Positions 28,690 to 38,212 are shown, counted from the whole stretch's first letter. The stretch: DNA of 63,198 bases, filler included, from an uncultured Methanosarcinales archaeon (GCA_964492935.1; 3 parts of 3 records of this genome joined end to end with filler, not necessarily neighbours in it); one strand, 5' to 3'. Made by a program: numbers and translations. Notes: generated from the letters alone by a model not told the origin.

Positions 28690-29168
28690 CGGTAAAACAT
28701 AACCCCCTCAGTCAAATGAAGAGTCTTACCTGCAACAACAACCGGATACCTCAACTGAGTCCCACCAAAAACATTCCCGTTCTGATACACCGCAGAAGCA
28801 GCCCGATAAAGCTCAAGATTAAATCCCACAGGGTTCTGGCCCTGAAGTGTTAAAGCACCTGCAAAATCAGGATCTCCCAAGAACAATTTCTCAACCTGAT
28901 CCTGTGTAATCTTTTCCGAGTCAACAATCCAAGGATAGGTCCTTCCTGTAAGATTATCCTCCAGAAAAATAGAATCTCCACTAAATGCCAATCTGCTAGA
29001 GTACAGATAATGCTCCATATTGTAGGTATCGGCAGATCCCTTAAAGACAGAGAAAAACAAAACCGCGAATAATCCTAAGATAACAACAATGCCGACCATG
29101 TACCCCATGATATAGAAAACTAAATCAGACAACCCTCTCTTATTATTAAACAGCCTAGACAATTGCAT
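28686..29168 (-). CDS. Pilin-like (class III signal) protein
   Basis: NNKRG/LSDLVFYIMGYMVGIVVILGLF. Confidence 0.65.
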   Translation of the reverse strand: MQLSRLFNNKRGLSDLVFYIMGYMVGIVVILGLFAVLFFSVFKGSADTYNMEHYLYSSRLAFSGDSIFLEDNLTGRTYPWIVDSEKITQDQVEKLFLGDPDFAGALTLQGQNPVGFNLELYRAASAVYQNGNVFGGTQLRYPVVVAGKTLHLTEGVMFYR

Positions 29169-30234
29169 CCTGGATAACCCCTGGCAATTGCGATTTAGTT
29201 TGTGTACTCGTAAGTTCAGCATAACTAGCCTCATCGCGCAGGCTGCCAATTTCAAGAATCAAGCCGGCAACGTCAGGTCTGAGAAGCGGAACGAATCCCT
29301 CTCCCTCGCCACCTATAAGTTGAGCCTCATCAAGGGGAATAAGAGCAACTCCCTCAAGGCTAAGACTAGGAACATCCAAGAGATTATTCAGAATCTCACA
29401 TCCAAGACCTTTAGAAACTTCCAGAATCTCCTTAGGAGAATTCTTAAGATAATATGCTTTGATCGTTTTCCCAGCGAACGCCGAGCCAACGTGAATACTT
29501 ACAATTAAATCAACCTCCTTTTTTTGGCTAGCAGCCTGGATATCATTCGTAGACTTCCTCCGACCATCCTGCATTCGAGTGTAAAAAACATCCTCGATCT
29601 GAGTAGAAAGCAGCAGTTCCAAACTACTACCAAAGACATGAGTGAGTTCAGATTCTCTACGCCCATTGTAAACATGCCCATCATCTGCACCATGAGCAGC
29701 ATCAACTATAATGTGCTTAAAACCATGTTTACCTACCTCACAATCAAGGCTATGCAAGGAATAAGCGCGAGATCCATCTCCTTGATCCATAAACAATCCA
29801 TCATTAATGCGCGCAAACACCGGTTTCACCTTAGTCTTCTCAACGAGATTAGTAGAAATCTTCTCGCCAGCAAACCGTGGCGCCAAACTACCTTCATTGA
29901 CCGTTGCATGTCGATCGGCAAGAAAAGGATAGCTTGCTAGTTCAGTAATCGGCCTTGTTTCATCGTGAATTCCAACTACATTATCCTTAATGCGCAAACC
30001 AAACCATTTCATATTTTTATCATACGTAACAATCATATTCCCGGGAGAGGCATACAACGTATTAATCACCATCGCAACATCCCGTGCAAGAAAATTAGCC
30101 TCAAATCCTACTTCCTCAGTAATATTGACAATCTCCTTCATAATCGGTAGAAAATAAAACGCCGCAATCAACAAAAGACCAAAAATAGCTATAGGAATAA
30201 CGGCAGGTATCTCGCTTTGGCCCCTCTTTCCCAT
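29155..30234 (-). CDS. Pilin-like protein fused to an N-acetylmuramoyl-L-alanine amidase (Amidase_3) domain
   Basis: MGKRG/QSEIPAVIPIAIFGLLLIAAF. Amidase motifs IIVDAAHG, GRRESEL, VFYTR, DLIVSIH, LLR...GLILEIG give the H-E-H-E set. Confidence 0.8.
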   Translation of the reverse strand: MGKRGQSEIPAVIPIAIFGLLLIAAFYFLPIMKEIVNITEEVGFEANFLARDVAMVINTLYASPGNMIVTYDKNMKWFGLRIKDNVVGIHDETRPITELASYPFLADRHATVNEGSLAPRFAGEKISTNLVEKTKVKPVFARINDGLFMDQGDGSRAYSLHSLDCEVGKHGFKHIIVDAAHGADDGHVYNGRRESELTHVFGSSLELLLSTQIEDVFYTRMQDGRRKSTNDIQAASQKKEVDLIVSIHVGSAFAGKTIKAYYLKNSPKEILEVSKGLGCEILNNLLDVPSLSLEGVALIPLDEAQLIGGEGEGFVPLLRPDVAGLILEIGSLRDEASYAELTSTQTKSQLPGVIQDAIV

Positions 30235-30272
30235 AGACCCTCCCTCGAAGAAATGAGTTTATATATCTTATG

Positions 30273-30806
30273 TTATTTTTTCAATGTACTTAACGTAATC
30301 AAGGTATGTTGCACCTTAGAATTATCTTTACTAGCATCAACTTTCTTTTCAATAGAAAACCCCAGATCTACAGTCGCAATCTTATCATCTCCCTCCTTGA
30401 AATCAAAATCAACAATCTCTCCCTCCTTGCTCAAAATCTGGTGACAATACGGAGCTATTTTTTCGGCTCCCGTCGACTGCAAACACATCTTCGGCTCAGA
30501 TGCACAGTCAACCCCGCGTACCTGACTAGCCTCCGTACAGCGAGAGTAAAGCCTAATAATATTATTTGTGGTGAGAGCTAAAGGAATACTCGACGCCTGA
30601 CCCTTATGAAACTGAGTAACATATTCTGCAATTGAATCAAACGTCTCATAATTCACATTTTGAATATGTGCTTTTTGAGACTGACTGCACCATTTAGCAA
30701 CTGCAGGAATAAACACTATCAGAAAGACTACCAATATCGTCATCTGCAAGACTTCAGTCCAGGGCTGGTCGACAACACTCCCTTTCTTATTTTTTCTTAG
30801 CCCCAT
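30273..30806 (-). CDS. Pilin-like (class III signal) protein
   Basis: KNKKG/SVVDQPWTEVLQMTILVVFLIVF; Cys pairs. Confidence 0.6.
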   Translation of the reverse strand: MGLRKNKKGSVVDQPWTEVLQMTILVVFLIVFIPAVAKWCSQSQKAHIQNVNYETFDSIAEYVTQFHKGQASSIPLALTTNNIIRLYSRCTEASQVRGVDCASEPKMCLQSTGAEKIAPYCHQILSKEGEIVDFDFKEGDDKIATVDLGFSIEKKVDASKDNSKVQHTLITLSTLKK

Positions 30807-30817
30807 CTTTGGCTGGC

Positions 30818-31135
30818 TCAGTTATTTACTATAGGAGAACTCTGATAGCAATCCTTATCTCCACAATCACTAAAGGTGCCTGTAACCTTTTCCCAAGTTC
30901 TCCCGTTAGCAGGAGTGGGAGGCGTATCAGCACATTTTCTATTAGTATCAAAAAGACTCTTACATGCAGTTCCATCAGCCTGATTTAAAGCAGAATCAGC
31001 AGTTGTTTTGTAACCTTTAGTATATGTAAGAATACTCTCCTTGAAAATAAAACCAACAATAATCAATACCAACACCCCTAACGAGGCGATGATAATCATC
31101 GTAAACGAAAGCCCCTGACCCTTTTTCCGAACCAT
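30818..31135 (-). CDS. Small type IV pilin-like protein
   Basis: MVRKKG/QGLSFTMIIIASLGVLVLIIVGFIF; 4 Cys; own TATA box (31158-31165). Confidence 0.8.
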   Translation of the reverse strand: MVRKKGQGLSFTMIIIASLGVLVLIIVGFIFKESILTYTKGYKTTADSALNQADGTACKSLFDTNRKCADTPPTPANGRTWEKVTGTFSDCGDKDCYQSSPIVNN

Positions 31136-31213
31136 ACACAAAAACTCCATTTTCAAATATTTAAACCTTTGCAAAGGGAAAGCTATTTATACAGAAAATC
31201 CAGTATAGCAGCA

Positions 31214-31828
31214 ATGAACAAAAAAGCGATTGTTTGGTTGGTAATAGCGCTTGTAGTGATGGTCGCAGCAAGTTTCTGGCTCTTCGGAGAGCCAGGTATC
31301 AATGAAGCCGACCCAGAAACGTGGATCATACGAACTTCTCAAACACAAGCGGGTGTCGATTTGCAGGGCGCAACGGCGGGCAAGAGCTTCCTCAACGAAC
31401 AAGGGCTGCAATACCTTTCCGCTACTACCGCAACCACATTTGCCTTAGAAGGATGGTATCAAGGTAAACATTTCAGGCAAGTGTATGCTGATCAAGACGG
31501 GAGAGTTCAAATGAGAATCACCCCGAAGATGCAACCTTACGATGGTATCCCAGAAGGATTCATTTTGCAAAAGTTAGATCCTCCTGAGGCCTACATTTTC
31601 CTTGACCTAGACTGGAAGGAGAAGTATCCACAATCCGTGATCTACTGGGGACGCTTCTTCGAAAATGAACAGGCAGTTGATTTTTCCTCAGAAGTAAAAG
31701 GGATATATATAGACCGAATAGAAGATGACATTTCAAGATTCCAGGAGAACTTCAATATCCATGACGGTGGAGTGATGGTGGGAATTCTAAACGAGGATGA
31801 AACTTCTACGCTTATCCGATTGTCCTAA
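31214..31828 (+). CDS. Membrane-anchored hypothetical protein, on the opposite strand within the pilin array
   Basis: MNKKAIVWLVIALVVMVAASFWLF, then a beta-rich domain. Confidence 0.7.
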   Translation: MNKKAIVWLVIALVVMVAASFWLFGEPGINEADPETWIIRTSQTQAGVDLQGATAGKSFLNEQGLQYLSATTATTFALEGWYQGKHFRQVYADQDGRVQMRITPKMQPYDGIPEGFILQKLDPPEAYIFLDLDWKEKYPQSVIYWGRFFENEQAVDFSSEVKGIYIDRIEDDISRFQENFNIHDGGVMVGILNEDETSTLIRLS

Positions 31829-34800
31829 GTTTTTCCAATACTAAGTGTGCCCCACCCGCTCTTCTGCCATTCCTGAATCTCTTTTGAATCACGAGACGTA
31901 TCTCCGGTACCTCCAAAGCAAGCAGACACGGAAGGGATATGTCGAGGCCAAGCACCACATTTTTGTAATGCATATGAACCCGCTACAGCACCTAGTTCGA
32001 CACCTGAGACTGCAAGGGTCACAACGGCACCTGCCGATGTACCTCCCGAAATAGGAATCAGCGCTACAGCTGCGATTATCGCTGCCACATTAGCTGCAGT
32101 CGTAGCATATTCAAGATTAAGATTTCTTCCAGTATAGCAAAAATTGTTACCCCCATTCCAGTTAGAGTAGGAATCGAGGCGCGGAGTTGCAGAAACGCAA
32201 GGAATAGTAACTCTTCTTGATCCAGAGAACCGATTCGTCTTCGTAGGGACGAAAGTCTGCACGACGTCGGTTTCCCTACATACCTTGACTGCATTGACTT
32301 GTTCTGCGGTGGGCTGAGCTACAATATAGTTCCGAGGTAAAATATCCTTAATGAGATCATCAAGATAATCACTCTTGAGAAATCGTTTCATTTGCATCTT
32401 ATAAATGAGCTTACTGGTAGATTTGAACCAAACTAAGTTTCCATAATTGTTAGCTGGAGAATTGAGGAACAAGGGAAGATTTCTTTCTCGTCGATCCTGC
32501 AATCTTGACCATTCCAACTGAATCTTTGAAAAAACAAATGTCTCATCTGGAGAACTATAGAGGTATGTTAAACTAGTAGGGTCTTCAATGGGCCCTCTAT
32601 GACTAAAAATATTATTGAGCCGTTCATGACGCTCAGTATTTCTCATAAGGTCCCAATTAATTTCTAATACATCGCTTGGCTTCTCCCTAGGGTTTTTCCA
32701 AAATCTCTTAGAAAAGGGTAACCTCCAGACAGATTTAAAAGTTTGGGGGAGATCAAACGAGTCAATGTTGGGATTTTCATAAAAGAGCCCTCGTACGAGA
32801 TGTGCTAGTTCCTCCTTATCCCAATCATCAAGAGAAAGTTCACCTGAAACGATGGAGACAGAAGTAAGGTCGGAGACGAAATTGCTAGAAAAAACCTCGA
32901 GAAATCGCCGAAACCGTACCTCGTCCAGATCAAGAAGAGGAGTTAATTCAAGAAGGAATTCAATCTTATCATTTTTTCCATAAGGAGTTCCTACATGGTT
33001 TACAGATCCCGAGAACAATACATGCCCCATCATCATCACAAAAGTCTCCGCATCAGGAAAGAGAAACTTAAAAAGCTCGGTTCTCTCTAACACCAAGGGA
33101 TCTTTTTCTAAAAATCTGTTTTTTGGTAGGAGTTGATTGATGCGGGACTCGAGTCCATATCTCTGACTCACAGTCTTTTTGAAGGACCAGTCTTTGACTG
33201 TAAGGTATTCCTTCTTCTCTTCAGCGCTAAACGTATCCCACACGGTTTCGACAGTCTTTTCCACCCCAATTGCCTCAATAGGTTGTATTCGATTACCTTT
33301 TCCATCTTCACCTGAAAAATAGTAACCAAAATCTCCATCATTCATCTGACAGGAGCAGTAGTTCTTTGCGATTAGTAAATCTGCCTTACAAGGACTAGCC
33401 ATAAAAAATCGCTCAGGAGGTTGGCTAGGATCCTTATTCATTGTAAGGTACAGATTCTCAATTCCTACCGGATCGTACGGTTTTGGGGGGATCTTATAGG
33501 GTTTGGGCTTAGCAACACCAATGGTGTTTGGTCCCATTGGCACGAATGCTTGATTCCTACTTTCCTCAAGATTGTAGAGCATTCCAAAACCAATAGCCAC
33601 AGGTAAATAATTATACCGTAGGAATTTCATACATCCAGTAGCAGAACGAAAGGGACCATTGAAAACCCAGCTCAAGGGAGTTCCTTTTATGAGGAGTGTA
33701 GCCGCACCCACACCAGCACCCACAGCAACAGTACCATCACTAATAAATTGAGAGGCAACGCCTGCAGCAATGATAAATCCACCTACAGTAATGCAGTTGC
33801 CAATGCTTTTAGCACTATTTTTCGCCCAGAGCGTCCCAGCCAAACGAAACTCATCAGCACTTTTTGTATTGGATTTAACTGCAGTAACGAACTTGCTGTT
33901 CCAGATCCCTTTTGCAGACTCGTCAAGGTTACCTATGATGGCCTTTGCAGCTACCTCATCTGCCTGTGAAAGCCCAGTTAAATCTTTAGTCCACATTTGT
34001 TTAAGTACTTCATCTGAAGACCTAAGTCTTTTTGAAAGTGTGATCCCTCCAATATCATCAAAAGTCGCAAATTGCTTCTGGAGTGTCTCGATAGTATCAT
34101 CCCAATGGCCCGACTTGAAAAGCACCTCAGAAAAAGCTTCAGCATTGTTTCGCTTAATAATCAGTTCAAGTGCTTCAGCCGCCCTTTTATTAGAGACTCC
34201 TTCAGTAACCTCCTTCATTGTTTGCTTCAAGGCGTGCTTGGAGATGTAAGTCTTTCGTGTAGCATCAGTTAATTTTCCGATAACTCTTTTAACAGTACCG
34301 TCAATGATGTCATTCCCAAATCCAGCCCTTTGTAATTCACCACGTAAAATAGTTTCCATAGCATCCAGCCCTTTTTTCTTCGTCCCATGTTTAGTTGAGA
34401 TAGCTACATTAAGGAGATCATCCTTCACCCAGGTCTTTGAACTTTTTCCTTGTCGTTTGTAAGCATCAAAGACAAAATCAACAGCATCGTCAATCTTCTT
34501 CAGCTGCTCCTTTGCGAGATAAGGAGATGCATCACTGACACTTTCAGCCACCTGCGAAATAGTCTTACCTACCACCCCTCCACTTTTACCGAGATTTTTA
34601 GTTTTTGCAAGCAATTCTCCAGCTTCGTCGAAATTATCAACTGAGTTCGCAGCCTTTGCCAGAGCTCCTGCAGCAGCTTCGCCCGCTGCTTTAGTCCCTC
34701 GCAGAGCCTTCACAGCTGGACCAATAGCAGGCACAAACGCGAAAACTCCCTGGACAACAAGTCCAACATTAATCCAAAAGAAATCATGGGTCTGCCAGGA

Positions 34801-35976
34801 AGCTTTTTCTTTTTCCGGAAATTTCTCATAGTATACGAGATACTCAGGATCTCCAAGATTAGGGATATAATTGCTGAGCTTAGATGTATCTTGGGGAAGC
34901 TCAAATCCAGAGAGAGTGCAGACCGCTCCGCGCTGTTCAACATTTTGAGGGAGATTCTTATCAGTGAAGACAAATCGGTTTCCCTTCTGCAAGATGAGAT
35001 AGATTTCCCTTCCATATGATCGCGAATCGAGTTGATTTTTATCAGAAACGTAATGCATATCAAAGGAGATATGATCTTTCTTTAATCCCAACTGGCGATC
35101 CGAATCGGTAAAGAGGAGCTGAGAAGTAAAAAATCTGCTACTTGGAAGTTCCAATACTGCAACCGAGTTCTCTTTGAAGATCCGTTGTTTCCTTGAATCG
35201 ACCAGCGGTTCCAGAATCTCAATGCGTTGAACTGCATCTTTGCGCTCTCGCTCAATCTCAACCAATCGTGCTTTTCTTTCAGAAGCAATTTCCGGAAATT
35301 GGAATTCGGTGGCGAGTTCTTCTGAGATTTTCTCTTCCTCTTTAAGAAGCGCATCCAAACTGGCTGTCAAAGCCGACAATTCAGCAATCTCATCACCGAG
35401 TTCTTCAGAAACTCTTGCCGTATCTAATTCTATTCTTTTTGACAAGAGCTCACGCTTCCAAGGAGCAAAGGTAAGTCGAGCACAAAGCACCGGATTAGAA
35501 ATACGGTTATGTTTTCGCAGGCATGATCTCATTGCGTCTGTAATACTAGCGGCATTGTCTACAATCTTTGTTCCAAGCGGAAGTGTAGGGGTAACCTCGC
35601 AGTTCACGCATTTATCAGTTCCAAATAGTACTCCTTCACAACTCGCCTTCTCAGAGTCGGATGATTCGTCTTTGTCAGGAGTCTTTGATCCAAGACACCA
35701 AGAAGGATCTACAGATCCCTTAGCAACAGAAGAAAAAGCACACATCAAAGCATTCATAGAATCATCAATAATATGCTCCTCTGCAGTAAACACCGCTTTA
35801 TACGGGGTAAATTTAGTCTTCCCGGTAAAGTCCGCGCGAGTATTATTGAGGAGCTTTTTCGAGGAAGAAAAAGCATCAGGATACACTGCAAAAATAATCA
35901 ATCCAAGAACAATCGCACCAATAACTATCTCGACTACGTTAGACCATACCAAAAAACCCCTTTTATTGCGCATCAT
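31825..35976 (-). CDS. Giant pilin-like (class III signal) protein with a coiled coil and several internal Gly/Ala-rich hydrophobic segments
   Basis: MMRNKRG/FLVWSNVVEIVIGAIVLGLIIF; heptad region; hydrophobic segments near 34790-34700, 33790-33570 and 32110-31970; scattered Cys pairs. Confidence 0.75.
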   Translation of the reverse strand: MMRNKRGFLVWSNVVEIVIGAIVLGLIIFAVYPDAFSSSKKLLNNTRADFTGKTKFTPYKAVFTAEEHIIDDSMNALMCAFSSVAKGSVDPSWCLGSKTPDKDESSDSEKASCEGVLFGTDKCVNCEVTPTLPLGTKIVDNAASITDAMRSCLRKHNRISNPVLCARLTFAPWKRELLSKRIELDTARVSEELGDEIAELSALTASLDALLKEEEKISEELATEFQFPEIASERKARLVEIERERKDAVQRIEILEPLVDSRKQRIFKENSVAVLELPSSRFFTSQLLFTDSDRQLGLKKDHISFDMHYVSDKNQLDSRSYGREIYLILQKGNRFVFTDKNLPQNVEQRGAVCTLSGFELPQDTSKLSNYIPNLGDPEYLVYYEKFPEKEKASWQTHDFFWINVGLVVQGVFAFVPAIGPAVKALRGTKAAGEAAAGALAKAANSVDNFDEAGELLAKTKNLGKSGGVVGKTISQVAESVSDASPYLAKEQLKKIDDAVDFVFDAYKRQGKSSKTWVKDDLLNVAISTKHGTKKKGLDAMETILRGELQRAGFGNDIIDGTVKRVIGKLTDATRKTYISKHALKQTMKEVTEGVSNKRAAEALELIIKRNNAEAFSEVLFKSGHWDDTIETLQKQFATFDDIGGITLSKRLRSSDEVLKQMWTKDLTGLSQADEVAAKAIIGNLDESAKGIWNSKFVTAVKSNTKSADEFRLAGTLWAKNSAKSIGNCITVGGFIIAAGVASQFISDGTVAVGAGVGAATLLIKGTPLSWVFNGPFRSATGCMKFLRYNYLPVAIGFGMLYNLEESRNQAFVPMGPNTIGVAKPKPYKIPPKPYDPVGIENLYLTMNKDPSQPPERFFMASPCKADLLIAKNYCSCQMNDGDFGYYFSGEDGKGNRIQPIEAIGVEKTVETVWDTFSAEEKKEYLTVKDWSFKKTVSQRYGLESRINQLLPKNRFLEKDPLVLERTELFKFLFPDAETFVMMMGHVLFSGSVNHVGTPYGKNDKIEFLLELTPLLDLDEVRFRRFLEVFSSNFVSDLTSVSIVSGELSLDDWDKEELAHLVRGLFYENPNIDSFDLPQTFKSVWRLPFSKRFWKNPREKPSDVLEINWDLMRNTERHERLNNIFSHRGPIEDPTSLTYLYSSPDETFVFSKIQLEWSRLQDRRERNLPLFLNSPANNYGNLVWFKSTSKLIYKMQMKRFLKSDYLDDLIKDILPRNYIVAQPTAEQVNAVKVCRETDVVQTFVPTKTNRFSGSRRVTIPCVSATPRLDSYSNWNGGNNFCYTGRNLNLEYATTAANVAAIIAAVALIPISGGTSAGAVVTLAVSGVELGAVAGSYALQKCGAWPRHIPSVSACFGGTGDTSRDSKEIQEWQKSGWGTLSIGKT

Positions 35977-35978
35977 GT

Positions 35979-36122
35979 TCAAAAAAAACTACCGATATCT
36001 TTAAGCAGACTAGTCCCTTCATTCTGTGCCTGAAAAACATAAAACAACAAAAAGACCAAAGCGATGCCCGCTAAGATAAACAAGACCAGTTGATTAAATG
36101 CTAAACCTTTCTTCAATCTCAT
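35979..36122 (-). CDS. 47-aa micro-pilin, not in the ORF track
   Basis: Hand translation MRLKKG/LAFNQLVLFILAGIALVFLLFYVFQAQNEGTSLLKDIGSFF. ATGA overlap with the upstream gene; its stop is 2 nt before the giant gene's ATG. Confidence 0.75.
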   Translation of the reverse strand: MRLKKGLAFNQLVLFILAGIALVFLLFYVFQAQNEGTSLLKDIGSFF

Positions 36123-37168
36123 TTCACTTTCGCCTCCACTTCTTTAAGCTTACAGCTAACCTGGTACTGATCAAGCGGCATCAGCTGAACGACATCAAAA
36201 ATCTCCTCGGGAGGACTGCCTGAAAACCGTCGTGCAATTTCAGCCGATAGCTGACTAAGTTGTTGCTTATTAAACCGCTTATACACCACAGCAAGATCGT
36301 TGTTTTTAAGCTTATCAGTCGAAGATTTTTTCTCAATATCATAGGGATAGCTTGTAAAAAAGTCACTCACTAGAGAATCATCTTTAATATACTCCCAAAA
36401 ACTCTCTGTGCTAACTCTACTGGTAGGATTATTCTTCAGGAAGGCATCCATAGTAGACCCACCAGCAAATAGAGTAGCGACATCATCTCTGAATTGAATA
36501 ACCTCACACAAATCACAATAGATAACGGTGGAGGCACCAGTAATTTCATCAAAAATACCTGCATCGTGCCATTGTTTTCCAATAGGCAGATCTCCCTGCC
36601 CATTTCGTCCCCAACACCGCTTCATCGCCTTTGCTATAGCTTCCTCAAAACGATATTCAACCAAAAAAGGAACCCTGCCATTTTTCCCAAGTAAAGGATC
36701 CTTATTAGTGAGATATTCGGCAATGCCTCCCGGACCGTCAAATTTATCTTTCTTCATGCGATCATTCTGATCCTCTAAACTATCCCTCGGCTCATTATAC
36801 CACTTAGCAATATTTTTAATGTCAGCTTTCGCAAACGGATCGTTAAGATCAACAACACTAGGATCATCAGAATCACCCACCAAAGAGAGTGTATGGAAAA
36901 TGGGAGTACAACTAGCACCCCACACAGTGATACCTGCTATCGGAATCTTAGTATAGGCACTAACCACTTTCTTAGCCAAACAAAAGAAATAATCCTCCCC
37001 TATACCTCTCATCAACGCAAATGCTGACGAATAAAATCGCAAAGCAATAATCATAATCACGGCCATCATAATAACCGTAACAATAATACCTTCAGACATT
37101 CCTTTCTTATTCTCAGGAAAAAGGTACTGCTTAAATCTCAATAACCAAGAATCTTTTTCCTTACTCAT
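36119..37168 (-). CDS. Pilin-like (class III signal) protein
   Basis: ENKKG/MSEGIIVTVIMMAVIMIIAL; IAKAMKRCW..G.G and YCDLC motifs. Confidence 0.7.
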   Translation of the reverse strand: MSKEKDSWLLRFKQYLFPENKKGMSEGIIVTVIMMAVIMIIALRFYSSAFALMRGIGEDYFFCLAKKVVSAYTKIPIAGITVWGASCTPIFHTLSLVGDSDDPSVVDLNDPFAKADIKNIAKWYNEPRDSLEDQNDRMKKDKFDGPGGIAEYLTNKDPLLGKNGRVPFLVEYRFEEAIAKAMKRCWGRNGQGDLPIGKQWHDAGIFDEITGASTVIYCDLCEVIQFRDDVATLFAGGSTMDAFLKNNPTSRVSTESFWEYIKDDSLVSDFFTSYPYDIEKKSSTDKLKNNDLAVVYKRFNKQQLSQLSAEIARRFSGSPPEEIFDVVQLMPLDQYQVSCKLKEVEAKVK

Positions 37169-37302
37169 TTGAATGGGTTCAATTCAGCCATCTGACCTCT
37201 TAACAAAAATATTGCAACCGCAAAGATAAATGCGAGGGATACCAAGATCAATATCCACCCCATAGGCAAGCCTGTCTCTGTTGCCTGCCCTCTCTTATCC
37301 AT
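37165..37302 (-). CDS. 45-aa micro-pilin
   Basis: MDKRG/QATETGLPMGWILILVSLAFIFAVAIFLL; TTTATAAA 23 nt upstream; the track start at 37428 is too long. Confidence 0.75.
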   Translation of the reverse strand: MDKRGQATETGLPMGWILILVSLAFIFAVAIFLLRGQMAELNPFK

Positions 37303-37396
37303 ACCACTACCTGTAGAAACCAAGTTTATAAACATTTGTTTTCCACCGAGAGATGAACGAGGAAAGAAAATACACTCTCGCAACACCAGAAATGTC

Positions 37397-37534
37397 TTAT
37401 GACAACCCAACCGCATCCAAAATAACAAACGTATCGTTAAAAAGAACCAGTTTCTGTATCATCATCCAAAGAATAGCTAACAACACTAACAAAATAATAA
37501 TCTTAAATGCAGAAACATCATTAATCTTTAACAT
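37397..37534 (-). CDS. Putative 45-aa hydrophobic microprotein, not in the ORF track
   Basis: Hand translation MLKINDVSAFKIIILLVLLAILWMMIQKLVLFNDTFVILDAVGLS; pilin-like hydrophobic core but no K-G cleavage motif. Confidence 0.35.
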   Translation of the reverse strand: MLKINDVSAFKIIILLVLLAILWMMIQKLVLFNDTFVILDAVGLS

Positions 37535-37549
37535 AAAAAGGAAAAAAAA

Positions 37550-37822
37550 TTAGAACTGCGTACAGCAGATCTTACCATCAGCCAAGTTAAAGCTTCCAGC
37601 GATTTTTGAGCCTGTTGGACATCCACCCTCGGCGTCAGCATCCTGTACAACTCCACCGATAGCTGCACTATCGCAAGTTAATCCTTCCTGCTGCTCATCC
37701 AATCCCTTATTGAAAGCTCCCATTCTACCCGTAAAGATTGCCCAAAGAACAACCAATACAATAAGAACAATAGCTGCAATAATAACCGTGTTAAGACTTA
37801 GTCCCTGTGCTTTCTTTTTCAT
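37550..37822 (-). CDS. Small type IV pilin-like protein (candidate major pilin)
   Basis: MKKKA/QGLSLNTVIIAAIVLIVLVVLWAIFTG; C..GG..C..CC tail; RBS GAGGTG and TATA box. Confidence 0.85.
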   Translation of the reverse strand: MKKKAQGLSLNTVIIAAIVLIVLVVLWAIFTGRMGAFNKGLDEQQEGLTCDSAAIGGVVQDADAEGGCPTGSKIAGSFNLADGKICCTQF

Positions 37823-37951
37823 ATATGACACCTCTGAATATATTCCAAGATATTGATAGATACAAATCAGCTCAAGTAGTATATAAACCTTTTGGAAATC
37901 GGAGATTTCCAATGGTACCAGAAATGGAATTTCTATGTACCTTTCGATAAC

Positions 37952-38212
37952 TTAGAATAAACGCTTCCGTCGCCTAAAGATGGGAATGAACGGTATAAAT
38001 CCACCTAAAATATCTGTTGGAAGCCCAGTAAGTGCTCCCGTATCATCCACATCGATGCCATCCACATTATCTTGGGCCTTCGTAGCCTTTTCACTGAATG
38101 TACCAGCCCGACCCGTAAAAATAACCCAAATCACAACCAATACTAACAACACAATAATCGCCAGAATAATAACATTCAACGGCAAGCCCTGACCTTTTTT
38201 AGTAAATTTCAT
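37952..38212 (-). CDS. Small type IV pilin-like protein
   Basis: KKG/QGLPLNVIILAIIVLLVLVVIWVIFTG; hydrophobic plus RRRKR C-terminus. Confidence 0.85.
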   Translation of the reverse strand: MKFTKKGQGLPLNVIILAIIVLLVLVVIWVIFTGRAGTFSEKATKAQDNVDGIDVDDTGALTGLPTDILGGFIPFIPIFRRRKRLF

